Source: an uncultured Ilyobacter sp. (GTDB taxonomy: Bacteria; Fusobacteriota; Fusobacteriia; Fusobacteriales; Fusobacteriaceae). From it: a stretch of 64,000 bases of DNA. The stretch lies in assembly GCA_963668015.2 (NCBI GenBank), contig CAXXCR010000012.1, positions 162,892 through 226,891 of the forward strand. Direction: 5' to 3'. Made by a program: the position numbers and the translations under genes. This document shows positions 27,646 through 37,253 of this stretch, piece after piece (positions within the stretch are counted from its first letter, which is position 1; each line of letters starts with the position of its first letter). The notes under the pieces were generated by a model. That model saw nothing but the letters and a program-made list of their open reading frames with translations. It was not told where the DNA came from and searched no databases.

Positions 27646-28722
27646 ATGAAAACAATAGACAAATATGTAATAAGGGAGATGCTGCTTCCGGTTTGCTTCG
27701 GGGTTACCCTTTTTACTTTTATATTTTTAATAGATATATTGATTCAAATGATGGAGAGCATAATAGTCAACAAGGTATCTGCGCTGGCAGTTCTTCAGAT
27801 GCTTTCGTATTACCTTCCGCCCATACTGTCTCAGACACTTCCAATGGGTTTTTTCCTGGGGGTAATGATAACATATGGAGGGCTTACTAGTACAAGTGAG
27901 TTGACTGCGATGGTTTCTATGGGGATGAGTTTGAAAAAAGTAATAAAGCCCAGTTTTTTTGTGGCGTTTATACTAACTATTTTTGTATTTTTTATGCAGG
28001 AAGAGATAATACCAAGATCTTTTGTCAGATTAACTCAGCTGACAAAGAAGATTGCATATACCACCCCTCCAATACAGCTAAAGGAGAAAACTTTTGTAAA
28101 GGGCATAGGAGACTACAGTGTATATATAGACAAGATTGGGGATAAGGAAAATAGTGCCAAGAACATAGTATTTTTTAAAACTAATGATGACAGCAAATTT
28201 CCAACCGTAGCACTTTCAAAACAAACTAGCTGGGAAAAATCTAAGATGATAATGGAAAATGTGGAATTTTATCAGATGGATGAAACAGGAAAAACAGATA
28301 TCAGTGGAAGTTTTGAAAGTCAGACAATACCATTGGCATCGTTTTTGGATAAAATAGAGGCTAAAATTGATGATGTAGAAGCGTTGCCAATCAAGGAAAT
28401 ATTAAAACAAATGGACAGCAAAAAAGGGGAAGAGCGCCTTGCGTATATAGTGGAGCTTCATAAAAAAATAGCCGTTCCGCTATCTACAATTTTACTTGGC
28501 ATACTTGGGGTCTTGTTTTCTGTTGGCCATCATAGAACGGGTAAAGGGGTAAGCTTTGGTATAAGCATAGGCGTAATCTTTTTCTATATAGCATTCATAA
28601 ATGTTGGAATTGTTATGTCATTAAAAGGTAAAATTCCACCTGCTTTTGGTATATGGTTTCCCAATGTGGTACTTATGTTACTAACATATATTACGTATCT
28701 AAGAAAATCAAGGAGCAGGTAG
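27646..28722 (+). CDS. lptF: LPS export ABC transporter permease LptF (YjgP/YjgQ family)
   Basis: 358 aa. YjgP/YjgQ architecture: three TM segments, a periplasmic beta-jellyroll insert, then three TM segments. N-terminus IDKYVIREMLLP. Confidence 0.8.
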   Translation: MKTIDKYVIREMLLPVCFGVTLFTFIFLIDILIQMMESIIVNKVSALAVLQMLSYYLPPILSQTLPMGFFLGVMITYGGLTSTSELTAMVSMGMSLKKVIKPSFFVAFILTIFVFFMQEEIIPRSFVRLTQLTKKIAYTTPPIQLKEKTFVKGIGDYSVYIDKIGDKENSAKNIVFFKTNDDSKFPTVALSKQTSWEKSKMIMENVEFYQMDETGKTDISGSFESQTIPLASFLDKIEAKIDDVEALPIKEILKQMDSKKGEERLAYIVELHKKIAVPLSTILLGILGVLFSVGHHRTGKGVSFGISIGVIFFYIAFINVGIVMSLKGKIPPAFGIWFPNVVLMLLTYITYLRKSRSR

Positions 28723-29787
28723 ATGAAAAAAATAGATGTATACATAGCCAAAAATTACATGAAAGCTGTACTTGTTAGTTTATTTGGCTTCATAAATATA
28801 TATATAGTGGCAAGACTGTTTAAAATTATAAAGTATATAACAAGCGGTAGGATGACAGCACCTAATGCTTTTTTATATCTTTTTGCCAATCTTGCAGATA
28901 CAATAGTTGATATGATGCCTTTGGCTGTACTTTTGGGATCGCTGATAACAATCAGTAAGATGGCCAAAAGTCTGGAGGTCATCGCTTTAAAAACTTCCGG
29001 TGTGAGTTTTTCCAGAATAGTCAGGGTGCCTATAATCCTTTCGTTGATGCTTGCAATTTTTACATATTGGTTTAATGATAATGTGGTGCCTATGGCGAAC
29101 AAGAAAGCAAGGACGCTTAAAAATGGTCAAGATGAGAAAGTATTTAAGAAAAAGGGTAATCTCTTTTTCAAAGGCAAGGGCCCTTACATATACTATATAC
29201 AGGAAATTGACGGCCAGAAAAAGTCTATGAAAAACGTGGAAGTGGTAAAGCTTTCTGAAGATATGAGTGAAATATTGGAGATCATAACTGCAAAAAGCGC
29301 CACCTATGTAAAAAACAGTTGGGAATTTTATGACGTGGTGATAAACAGAGTTAAAAATGATGAAGAGTTAGAACTCTTCACCTATAGGGCACCTTATTTG
29401 GAGGAAAAAGTAGAGGATTTTTTAAAGGATCAGATAAGAGAAAAAGAACTTCACGTAAGAGAAATGCGTGATGCTGCTAACTTTATAGCCTCTGTAGGTG
29501 GAAATTCCAACGAGATATTAACTGCTCTGTATAAAAAGATAGCTTATCCTTTTGCCTGCTTTATAGTAAGCTTTTTAGGTTTATCCCTTGGCAGCAGATA
29601 CGTCAGAGGGGCATCTGCTGTGAGCATTACCCTCAGCTTGGTTTTAGGTTACTCATATTATGTTGTTCAGGCAAGCTTAGAGGCTATGAGTCAGGGTGGG
29701 ATAATACCGCCAATAATTGGAGCCTGGATACCAAATGCAATATTTCTGGGTATAGGAATTATAAGTATGAAAAGGGCGGAATATTAA
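28723..29787 (+). CDS. lptG: LPS export ABC transporter permease LptG (YjgP/YjgQ family)
   Basis: 354 aa, immediately abutting lptF and with the same architecture. N-terminus IDVYIAKNYMKA. Confidence 0.8.
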   Translation: MKKIDVYIAKNYMKAVLVSLFGFINIYIVARLFKIIKYITSGRMTAPNAFLYLFANLADTIVDMMPLAVLLGSLITISKMAKSLEVIALKTSGVSFSRIVRVPIILSLMLAIFTYWFNDNVVPMANKKARTLKNGQDEKVFKKKGNLFFKGKGPYIYYIQEIDGQKKSMKNVEVVKLSEDMSEILEIITAKSATYVKNSWEFYDVVINRVKNDEELELFTYRAPYLEEKVEDFLKDQIREKELHVREMRDAANFIASVGGNSNEILTALYKKIAYPFACFIVSFLGLSLGSRYVRGASAVSITLSLVLGYSYYVVQASLEAMSQGGIIPPIIGAWIPNAIFLGIGIISMKRAEY

Positions 29788-29811
29788 AAATACATTTTGA
29801 AGGAGTAAACT

Positions 29812-31044
29812 ATGCAAGCAGTTCAGCGTGAGTTAAAAAATGGGATACCGGTTTTAATAGAAAACATCGAGAATCTAGATTCAGTAACAATAGGTGTGTA
29901 TGTGAAGACAGGTTCTAAAAATGAGCTTAGTGGAGAAGATGGGATTTCTCATATTTTAGAACACATGATGTTTAAAGGTACTGAAAAAAGAAGCTCAAAA
30001 GAGATTTCTGAAACTATAGACAATATAGGCGGTCATATGAATGCCTACACCAGTAAGGAAGTGACTGCTTATTATATAAGCATGGTGCATAAGCATCTGG
30101 ATACAGGTGTAGATGTTTTATCTGACATGTTTTTGAACTCAACCTTTACCGAAGATAATTTGGAAAAGGAGAAAAAGGTAATAATAGAAGAGATAAAGAT
30201 GTATGAAGATGTTCCCGAGGAGCAGCTACACGACTTGAATTTTGCTTACGCAATAAGCGGGAATCATTCGAGATCTGTACTGGGGACCCCAGAAACTGTT
30301 AATGGTGTTACAAGGGAGATGCTCGTTGAGTATTTTAAAGCAAGATATACAGTAGATAACCTTGTAATATCAATAGCTGGTAAGGTGGAAGAAGAAAAAG
30401 TAATGAAGCTTTTAAATGAAAAATTCGGAAGCTTAGACAGGAAACTTGCATCCAGAATATATGATGATTCTTTCGCTATAAATAGAGGGGAGAAAAAATT
30501 TGTAAGAGATACAAACCAGGTGCATCTGTGTGTGAATACAAAAGGGGTATCTTTTTTAAGTGACGATAGATACGAACTTTCTATAATATCAAATATTTTA
30601 GGCGGAAATATGAGTTCTAGGCTATTCCAGAAGATAAGGGAGGACAGAGGGCTAGCTTATTCTGTGTACACTTATCTTTCTTCTTATGAAGAGGGGGGGC
30701 TTTTTACTGTTTACGCAGGAACCAGCAAGGAAGATTACAAGACTGTGATAGAACTTATAGAAGGAGAGTTTCGGGATATAAAGAGAAACGGGATAAGCCA
30801 GGAAGAACTGACAAAAGCAAAAAACCAGCTTTTGAGTATGCTTATACTGGGGCTTGAAACTAGTAAGGCTAGGATGTCTAGGATGGCAAATTCGTATTTA
30901 ATGTTTAAAAGGGTAAAACCAATAGAGGAAATAACAAAAAAAATAGAAGATATAAAAGTGCAGGATATTGAAAGGGTGGCAAGGGAAGTATTTGATGAGA
31001 AATACTACTCGATAACTGTATTAGGGGACATAGAAGAGAAGTAG
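29812..31044 (+). CDS. M16-family zinc peptidase (pitrilysin-like)
   Basis: 410 aa with the inverted zinc motif HILEHMMFKGT (HxxEH). Confidence 0.85.
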   Translation: MQAVQRELKNGIPVLIENIENLDSVTIGVYVKTGSKNELSGEDGISHILEHMMFKGTEKRSSKEISETIDNIGGHMNAYTSKEVTAYYISMVHKHLDTGVDVLSDMFLNSTFTEDNLEKEKKVIIEEIKMYEDVPEEQLHDLNFAYAISGNHSRSVLGTPETVNGVTREMLVEYFKARYTVDNLVISIAGKVEEEKVMKLLNEKFGSLDRKLASRIYDDSFAINRGEKKFVRDTNQVHLCVNTKGVSFLSDDRYELSIISNILGGNMSSRLFQKIREDRGLAYSVYTYLSSYEEGGLFTVYAGTSKEDYKTVIELIEGEFRDIKRNGISQEELTKAKNQLLSMLILGLETSKARMSRMANSYLMFKRVKPIEEITKKIEDIKVQDIERVAREVFDEKYYSITVLGDIEEK

Positions 31045-31085
31045 TTTACATATTATAAAAACATAAGTAAAGGGGTGGGAAAGTC

Positions 31086-31877
31086 ATGGGTATTGTTTAC
31101 GTAGTAACTTCTGGAAAAGGCGGAGTTGGTAAGACTACTACTACTGCAAATATAAGTACTGGTCTTGCTTTAAAGGGGTATAGGGTAGCAGTCATAGATG
31201 CCGATATAGGCCTCAGGAACTTGGACATAGTTATGGGACTTGAAAATAGGATAGTCTACGACCTTGTCGACGTAATTGAGGGTCGTGCAACAATTAGACA
31301 GGCTATGATAAAGGATAAAAAATTAAAGGATAACCTTCAGTTGTTAGCTGCATCACAAACGAAGGATAAGGATTCTGTAACTCCTAAAGATATGGTTAAA
31401 CTTACAGATAAACTTAGGGAGGAATTTGATTTTATTTTTATAGATTCTCCAGCGGGGATTGAAAGTGGATTTAAGAACTCAGTTGCCGGTGCGGATGAAG
31501 TATTAATAGTTACAAATCCAGAATTGTCAGCTATAAGAGACGCGGATAGAATCATAGGAATACTGGATTCTTATGAGAAAAAAATACCAAAACTAATTAT
31601 AAACAGAATTAGACCTGAAATGGTTAAAAAAGGGGAAATGGTAGATATAAACGATATCATCGAATCACTGGAAATAGATCTTTTGGGAATAGTCCCTGAT
31701 GATGAAGCAGTAATAATTTCTACAAACAAGGGTGAGCCTATTGTAAAAGATAATTCTGCATTAGCGGGAAAAGCTTATGAAAATATAAGCGGAAGGCTTT
31801 CAGGAGAAGAGATACCTATTATGTCGTTCAGGTCTAAGGGAGTATTTGATAAATTTAGACAGTTGTTTAAAAAATAG
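31086..31877 (+). CDS. minD: Septum site-determining ATPase MinD
   Basis: 263 aa. Deviant Walker A SGKGGVGKTT. C-terminal amphipathic helix (GVFDKFRQLFKK). Confidence 0.95.
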   Translation: MGIVYVVTSGKGGVGKTTTTANISTGLALKGYRVAVIDADIGLRNLDIVMGLENRIVYDLVDVIEGRATIRQAMIKDKKLKDNLQLLAASQTKDKDSVTPKDMVKLTDKLREEFDFIFIDSPAGIESGFKNSVAGADEVLIVTNPELSAIRDADRIIGILDSYEKKIPKLIINRIRPEMVKKGEMVDINDIIESLEIDLLGIVPDDEAVIISTNKGEPIVKDNSALAGKAYENISGRLSGEEIPIMSFRSKGVFDKFRQLFKK

Positions 31878-31892
31878 AGAAGGTGGTTTACT

Positions 31893-32159
31893 ATGTTTAA
31901 AGAGCTTTTTCATAAATTATCAAGAGAAGATAAAAGTGCCAATGTTGCAAAAAATAGACTAAAAGTTATAATAGCACAGGACAGAACTCTTTTGAGCTCC
32001 AAAACATTAGAGCTTTTAAAACAAGATGTTATAAAGGTGGTTGAAAAATATCTTGAGATAGAAAGACAGGGGCTTGAGTGTAATTTGGCTAAAGAAGATA
32101 GAAGAAATGTTGGGTTAGAAATATCAGTCCCTATAAGGAAAATAAAACACGGTGGGTAA
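31893..32159 (+). CDS. minE: Cell division topological specificity factor MinE
   Basis: 88 aa. AKNRLKVIIAQDR motif. Confidence 0.9.
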   Translation: MFKELFHKLSREDKSANVAKNRLKVIIAQDRTLLSSKTLELLKQDVIKVVEKYLEIERQGLECNLAKEDRRNVGLEISVPIRKIKHGG

Positions 32160-32165
32160 ATTTTA

Positions 32166-33269
32166 ATGAAAAGTAACAGAGATATAAAAATTTTAGTAAA
32201 AAAGTTAAAAAAAGTGAGTTACCCCTTGGTACTAAATATGATTTTTATATGCTTGACCAGTCTGATGACTGTTTACAGTGCTACATATACAAGGACAAAT
32301 TCATTTTTTTTAAAAGAAATCATATGGACGATTTTAGGTATAATTGTATTTTTTGTTTTTTCACTCATAGACTACAGACTTTACCTGAAATATTCTAAAC
32401 TGGTATATGCTTTTAGTGTGGTGATGTTATTTTCAGTATATGCATTTGGTACTACAATACTGGGAGCTAAAAGATGGATACGTGTAGGTCCGCTTAGTAT
32501 ACAGCCGTCAGAGTTTGCAAAACTGTTTATAGTACTTACATTTTCGGCACTGTTAGTTGTAAAATATAGGGAAAAGTTTACTGGGCTAAAAGCTGTGGTT
32601 TTCACGGGCTTACATTTTATACCGATATTTTTATTGATAGTTAAGCAACCTGATCTTGGTACATCATTAGTATTGTTGTTTTTATACTGCCTTTTGATCT
32701 TTATACATGGGATCGACATAAAGTCATTTTCCATATTAATAGGCAGTGGCTTATCATTCATACCGGTAGCCTATTTTTTCCTTTTAAAGGAGTACCAAAA
32801 ACAGAGGATAAAAACATTTTTAAATCCCGAGGCTGATGTACTTGGTAGTGGCTGGAATGTTATACAATCTAAAATTGCTATAGGATCCGGCGGGATTTTT
32901 GGAAAAGGAATACTAAAGGGGACTCAGAATAAACTAAGATTTCTTCCTGAATCTCATACTGATTTTATTGGATCAGTTTTGCTGGAAGAAACCGGCTTTA
33001 TTGGTGGGATGATGCTTATATTGCTGTACTTTCTTCTCATAGTGAATATTTTTATGATAGCCCAAAAGAGCGACAGTGAATATGGAAAACTTGTAGCATT
33101 AGGTATATCAGGAATAATATTTTTTCATACAGTAGTAAATTTGGGTATGATAATGGGAGTAATGCCTGTAACTGGTTTACCTTTGCTTTTAATGAGCTAT
33201 GGAGGGAGTTCGTTCTTGTTTACTTTCATGATGTTGGGGATAGTACAGAGTATAAAAATATATAGCTAA
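32166..33269 (+). CDS. rodA: SEDS-family peptidoglycan polymerase (RodA/FtsW)
   Basis: 367 aa and polytopic. QPSEFAKL, LPESHTDFIG and SYGGSS motifs. Confidence 0.8.
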   Translation: MKSNRDIKILVKKLKKVSYPLVLNMIFICLTSLMTVYSATYTRTNSFFLKEIIWTILGIIVFFVFSLIDYRLYLKYSKLVYAFSVVMLFSVYAFGTTILGAKRWIRVGPLSIQPSEFAKLFIVLTFSALLVVKYREKFTGLKAVVFTGLHFIPIFLLIVKQPDLGTSLVLLFLYCLLIFIHGIDIKSFSILIGSGLSFIPVAYFFLLKEYQKQRIKTFLNPEADVLGSGWNVIQSKIAIGSGGIFGKGILKGTQNKLRFLPESHTDFIGSVLLEETGFIGGMMLILLYFLLIVNIFMIAQKSDSEYGKLVALGISGIIFFHTVVNLGMIMGVMPVTGLPLLLMSYGGSSFLFTFMMLGIVQSIKIYS

Positions 33270-33291
33270 AAAATATGTATTTATTAAAAAT

Positions 33292-33316
33292 AAAAAAGCC
33301 GCTTTGCGGCTTTTTT
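33292..33316. terminator. Bidirectional terminator between convergent rodA and the lipoprotein gene
   Basis: AAAAAAGCCGC-TTT-GCGGCTTTTTT. Confidence 0.75.
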
Positions 33317-33941
33317 AAATATCAAAATTAATTTCTTCATTGCCAACCTTACTGTCAGCGGTATTTTCTACTAAATTAGCAGCAGTATCTATAGGTTTTT
33401 TATCCCCAATCTCATAACTGGAAATTTCCTGTCTAACTTTTTTTAAGTCACTTAATACCTTGTCTAAATGTTCAACAAAGATATTTTTTGTCTCATCAAC
33501 CACATCTTCTTTAGCGACACTTATAAGAACAAAAATTTCTCCGGTATCGTACTCCCACTCTTTTTTCGGTGTGACATCCTGTAAAACTTTTTTTGCCACA
33601 TACTCGCTTAGATTCTTGATTATATGCTTGTTCAACTTTTTCTCGTATATATCAGCACTGCCGGAAAAATTTTGGAGTAGCTTATGGGATTCTTTTTTCA
33701 CTTTTTCGTCCAAAAGTTCATTTGCCTCCTCCACAGCTTTCATTCTGGCAACCTTTATTCCACTTTCTTCTATCTTAAACCCTCCGATGCTATATAGTTC
33801 TTCTTCGGGATTAACAGAAGTCTCAATTATTGTCTGAAACTGCTTTTCAGTACTACCTTTTTTCCCAAGGATACTGCTGTTTGTACATGCAAAACTAAAA
33901 AATACCAAAACCAAAAACAATGAAAACTTAAAAAACTTCAT
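33315..33941 (-). CDS. Hypothetical lipoprotein
   Basis: Start set at the ATG preceded by a GGAGG RBS (MKFFKFSLFLVLVFFSFAC). Lipobox FSFAC. The N-terminal extension to 34037 in the ORF track lacks an RBS. Confidence 0.6.
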   Translation of the reverse strand: MKFFKFSLFLVLVFFSFACTNSSILGKKGSTEKQFQTIIETSVNPEEELYSIGGFKIEESGIKVARMKAVEEANELLDEKVKKESHKLLQNFSGSADIYEKKLNKHIIKNLSEYVAKKVLQDVTPKKEWEYDTGEIFVLISVAKEDVVDETKNIFVEHLDKVLSDLKKVRQEISSYEIGDKKPIDTAANLVENTADSKVGNEEINFDI

Positions 33942-34178
33942 GCTGCCTCCTCTGTTGATGTTTTTTAAAAGGAAATCAAACGATAAGTACATATAGAATA
34001 TTATGTAAAAATAAATAAATTCACATAATATTTGCAAATATTTTACTGAAAAGTATAATACATTATTTTATAATAAAAGATCTGAAAAATCAATTTCTAT
34101 TTGCATAATTTTATAAAATTTTGTAGAATAGGTAGGATGTTCATAATTATGGTATTGAACCACATGAGGTTGTAAGGG

Positions 34179-35051
34179 GTGATAAAATTGAAAATTTTTT
34201 CAAAAAGAAAGAAGTACGCAACTGTAAGTTCAAAAGAGAAAACTGAGATAAAAATTGTACAAAAGAAGCCGGAGACGGAAACTTCAGGTCTATGGATAAA
34301 GTGTCCTGAGTGTGGCGAGATTGTGTATAAAAAAGATATAGAGGCTAATCTTCAAAAGTGTCCTAGCTGCGACAACTATTTTAGAATGTCGGCAATGGAA
34401 AGAATAGAACTTTTGATAGACGAAGGGACTTTCATAGAGTATGACGAGAACATGGTCTCAAAGGATTTTTTGACATTTCCACAGTATGCTGAAAAATTGG
34501 AAACAGCAAAAGAAAAAACAGGTATGAAAGACGGGGCTATAGCTGGAATAGGTGAAATGAACGGATTGAAAGTCAGCCTGGCAGTTATGGATTTTGATTT
34601 CATGGGTGGAAGTATGGGATCAGTAATAGGAGAGAAACTGACACGTAGTATTGAAAGAGGTGTAGAGATGGGACTGCCTGTAATAATAGTGTCTACATCA
34701 GGTGGAGCTAGGATGCAGGAGGGGCTTGTATCATTAATGCAGATGGCTAAGACCTCTGCAGCGCTGGATAGACTGAGAGAAGCTGGACTTCCGTACATAG
34801 CGGTTCCTGTAAACCCTACGTCAGGTGGTGTAACAGCATCATTTGCAATGCTTGGGGATGTTATCATTTCAGAACCTAAAACGCTTATAGCATTTGCCGG
34901 TCCTAGGGTAATAGAGCAGACTATAAAACAAAAACTTCCTGAAGGATTCCAAAAAAGTGAATTCCTTTTAGATCACGGGATGGTTGATGTGATAGCAAAA
35001 AGAGAAGAATTGAAATACACTATACACAGGGTACTGAGTAATTTAGTGTAA
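34179..35051 (+). CDS. accD: Acetyl-CoA carboxylase carboxyltransferase subunit beta
   Basis: 290 aa. N-terminal zinc ribbon CPECGE...CPSCDNY and carboxyltransferase core (GGSMGSV, SGGARMQEG). Exact start uncertain (GTG 34179 or TTG 34188). Confidence 0.93.
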   Translation: MIKLKIFSKRKKYATVSSKEKTEIKIVQKKPETETSGLWIKCPECGEIVYKKDIEANLQKCPSCDNYFRMSAMERIELLIDEGTFIEYDENMVSKDFLTFPQYAEKLETAKEKTGMKDGAIAGIGEMNGLKVSLAVMDFDFMGGSMGSVIGEKLTRSIERGVEMGLPVIIVSTSGGARMQEGLVSLMQMAKTSAALDRLREAGLPYIAVPVNPTSGGVTASFAMLGDVIISEPKTLIAFAGPRVIEQTIKQKLPEGFQKSEFLLDHGMVDVIAKREELKYTIHRVLSNLV

Positions 35052-35087
35052 ACCTAATTCGTGAAAGAAGCTTTAAGGAGGGGAAAA

Positions 35088-36029
35088 ATGGAATTTGAAA
35101 AAGAATTGGAAATATTGAGCAACAAGTTGTCTGAGCTCAAGAAATTTTCAGAAGAAAAAGAGATAGATCTTTCAAACGAAATAGATAAACTTGAAAAAGA
35201 GCTAAATATAAAAATAGAAGAAGTATATAAAAACCTTAATCCGTGGGAAAAATCACAGGTGGCAAGACACCCGAACAGGCCTCATACGCTGGACTATGTG
35301 AAATATATAGCGGAAGACTTCGTAGAACTCCACGGAGACAGACTTTTTGGTGATGATCCTGCAATTGTTGGAGGACTGTGCAAGATAGATGGGGAAAAAT
35401 TCGTTATTATTGGGCATCAGAAAGGTAATAACCTCGAAGAAAACCTTTATAGGAACTTTGGTATGGCAAATCCTGAAGGTTACAGAAAAGCTTTGAGGCT
35501 CATGAAAATGGCAGAGCGTTTTAAAATCCCGGTATTAACACTTATGGATACACCAGGAGCTTACCCAGGTAAGGAAGCCGAAGAACGTGGACAGGGGGAA
35601 GCTATAGCAAGAAACCTGATGGAAATGGCAGGTCTTGCTACACCTATAATCTCTATTGTGGTGGGAGAAGGTGGTAGTGGAGGAGCTATAGGGCTTGGAG
35701 TAGGAAATAAGGTTTTGATGCTTGAAAACAGTGTATACTCAGTAATATCTCCAGAAGGCTGCGCTGCAATACTTTTTAAGGATGCAAAGAAAGCTCCAGA
35801 AGCAGCAGTGAGTCTTAAAATAGATGCACAAAGTCTCCTAGACTTGAATGTTATCGACGATATAATAGAGGAACCTGTGGGAGGGGCACATAGAAACCCT
35901 GAACAGATGGCAGGAAACTTAAAGAAAAAAGTTTTGGAAGCACTTTCCGAACTTAAAAGTATGACGGTGGAAGAGATCAAGGCTCAAAGGTATGAGAAAT
36001 TTAGGAACATGGGATTTTTTAATCTTTAA
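35088..36029 (+). CDS. accA: Acetyl-CoA carboxylase carboxyltransferase subunit alpha
   Basis: ATG 35088 follows an AAGGAGGGG RBS. Motifs DTPGAYPG, AEERGQGEAIA, GEGGSGGA. Confidence 0.93.
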   Translation: MEFEKELEILSNKLSELKKFSEEKEIDLSNEIDKLEKELNIKIEEVYKNLNPWEKSQVARHPNRPHTLDYVKYIAEDFVELHGDRLFGDDPAIVGGLCKIDGEKFVIIGHQKGNNLEENLYRNFGMANPEGYRKALRLMKMAERFKIPVLTLMDTPGAYPGKEAEERGQGEAIARNLMEMAGLATPIISIVVGEGGSGGAIGLGVGNKVLMLENSVYSVISPEGCAAILFKDAKKAPEAAVSLKIDAQSLLDLNVIDDIIEEPVGGAHRNPEQMAGNLKKKVLEALSELKSMTVEEIKAQRYEKFRNMGFFNL

Positions 36030-36048
36030 TACAAAAACGCAAGGTTTT

Positions 36049-36071
36049 ATGGGGGGATACCCCCATTTTTT
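36049..36071 (+). terminator. Intrinsic terminator after accA
   Basis: ATGGGGG-GATA-CCCCCAT followed by a T-tract. Confidence 0.7.
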
Positions 36072-36137
36072 ATTAAAAAAATAATACCCTTTTACCTTTT
36101 ATTTGATACAAAATTCTCTTGAAAGATTAAAAAAAAG

Positions 36138-36166
36138 TTGAAAAAAAAATAGATATATTATATAAT
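36138..36166 (+). promoter_or_regulatory. Sigma70-like promoter for pfkA-pyk
   Basis: TTGAAA (36138-36143), 17-nt spacer, TATAAT (36161-36166). Confidence 0.55.
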
Positions 36167-36244
36167 TTAAGCAAAAAATGCTTAAATGCATTTTAAAAAA
36201 AGATGTTTAAAAATAAAAAGGGTTGTTAAGAAAGGGGAAGTACT

Positions 36245-37207
36245 ATGAAGAACATTGCTATTCTGACTAGTGGTGGGGATGCTCCTGGTATGAATACAGC
36301 AGTAAGAGCTGCTGCAAAGTATGCATTTTCAAAGGGCATGAAAGTTTACGGTATTAAAAGGGGATATGCCGGAATGCTTAATGATGAAATTTTTGAGATG
36401 AAACCTATCGATGTTAGTGGAATCATTGACAGAGGTGGGACAGATCTTTTAACTGCAAGATGTCTTGAGTTCAAACAAAAAGAGGTAAGGGCAGAGGCAG
36501 TTAAAAATCTTCAAAAGAGGGGAATAGAAGGTCTTATTGTAATCGGTGGGGACGGATCTTTCCACGGGGCAGACCTTTTATACAAAGAACACGGGATAAA
36601 AGTAATAGGGGTTCCCGGTACTATTGACAATGATATTGCAGGTACAGACTATACAATAGGATATGACACTGCTTTAAATACTATATTAGATGCTATAACA
36701 AAAATAAGAGACACTGCTACATCTCACGAAAGGACATACCTTATAGAGGTAATGGGAAGAGCCTGCGGAGATTTAGCTCTTTATTCCTGCATGGCAGGAG
36801 GAGGGGATGGACTTCTGATCCCTGAAGTGCATTTTTCTATAGAAGAGCTGGCAGACCAGTTAAACCAAAGAAGAGCTCAGGGTAAACTACACGATATAAT
36901 TCTAGTAGCAGAAGGAGTAGGCTCTGCAATTGATATAGCAAGAGAACTTGAAGGAAAAGTAAAATCAGAGATGAGGGTTACTGTTCTAGGACACGTGCAA
37001 AGAGGAGGGGCTCCATCTGCGTTTGATAGAGTTCTTGCTACAAAATTAACAGCCCATGCTGTGGATCTGTTGGCAGAAGGCGAGAGTGGAAAAATGGTTG
37101 GACTGGAAAAAAATGTTCCTGTAAGCCACCCTATTTCTCATGCTTGGGAAAACAAAAAACATCCAGTGCCAAAAGACTATGCATTAGCACAAGCTTTGGC
37201 AGAATAG
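36245..37207 (+). CDS. pfkA: ATP-dependent 6-phosphofructokinase
   Basis: 320 aa. TSGGDAPGMN, GGDGS, PGTIDND, MGR motifs. Confidence 0.95.
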   Translation: MKNIAILTSGGDAPGMNTAVRAAAKYAFSKGMKVYGIKRGYAGMLNDEIFEMKPIDVSGIIDRGGTDLLTARCLEFKQKEVRAEAVKNLQKRGIEGLIVIGGDGSFHGADLLYKEHGIKVIGVPGTIDNDIAGTDYTIGYDTALNTILDAITKIRDTATSHERTYLIEVMGRACGDLALYSCMAGGGDGLLIPEVHFSIEELADQLNQRRAQGKLHDIILVAEGVGSAIDIARELEGKVKSEMRVTVLGHVQRGGAPSAFDRVLATKLTAHAVDLLAEGESGKMVGLEKNVPVSHPISHAWENKKHPVPKDYALAQALAE

Positions 37208-37253
37208 AGTAAGCTAAGCAGATTTTACAATAAATTCTAGGAGGTAAGATTAA

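Noticed and set aside
27444-27890. Same-strand alternative-frame ORFs (27444-27635 and 27693-27890) overlapping cvpA and lptF
   Set aside because: They are embedded out of frame in genes with clear family assignments. They have no RBS and no recognisable similarity.
33942-34037. N-terminal 32-aa extension of the minus-strand lipoprotein ORF (MQILCEFIYFYIIF...)
   Set aside because: No RBS precedes it, and the composition is AT-rich promoter-like sequence. The internal ATG at 33939-33941 has a GGAGG RBS and gives a canonical signal peptide and lipobox.
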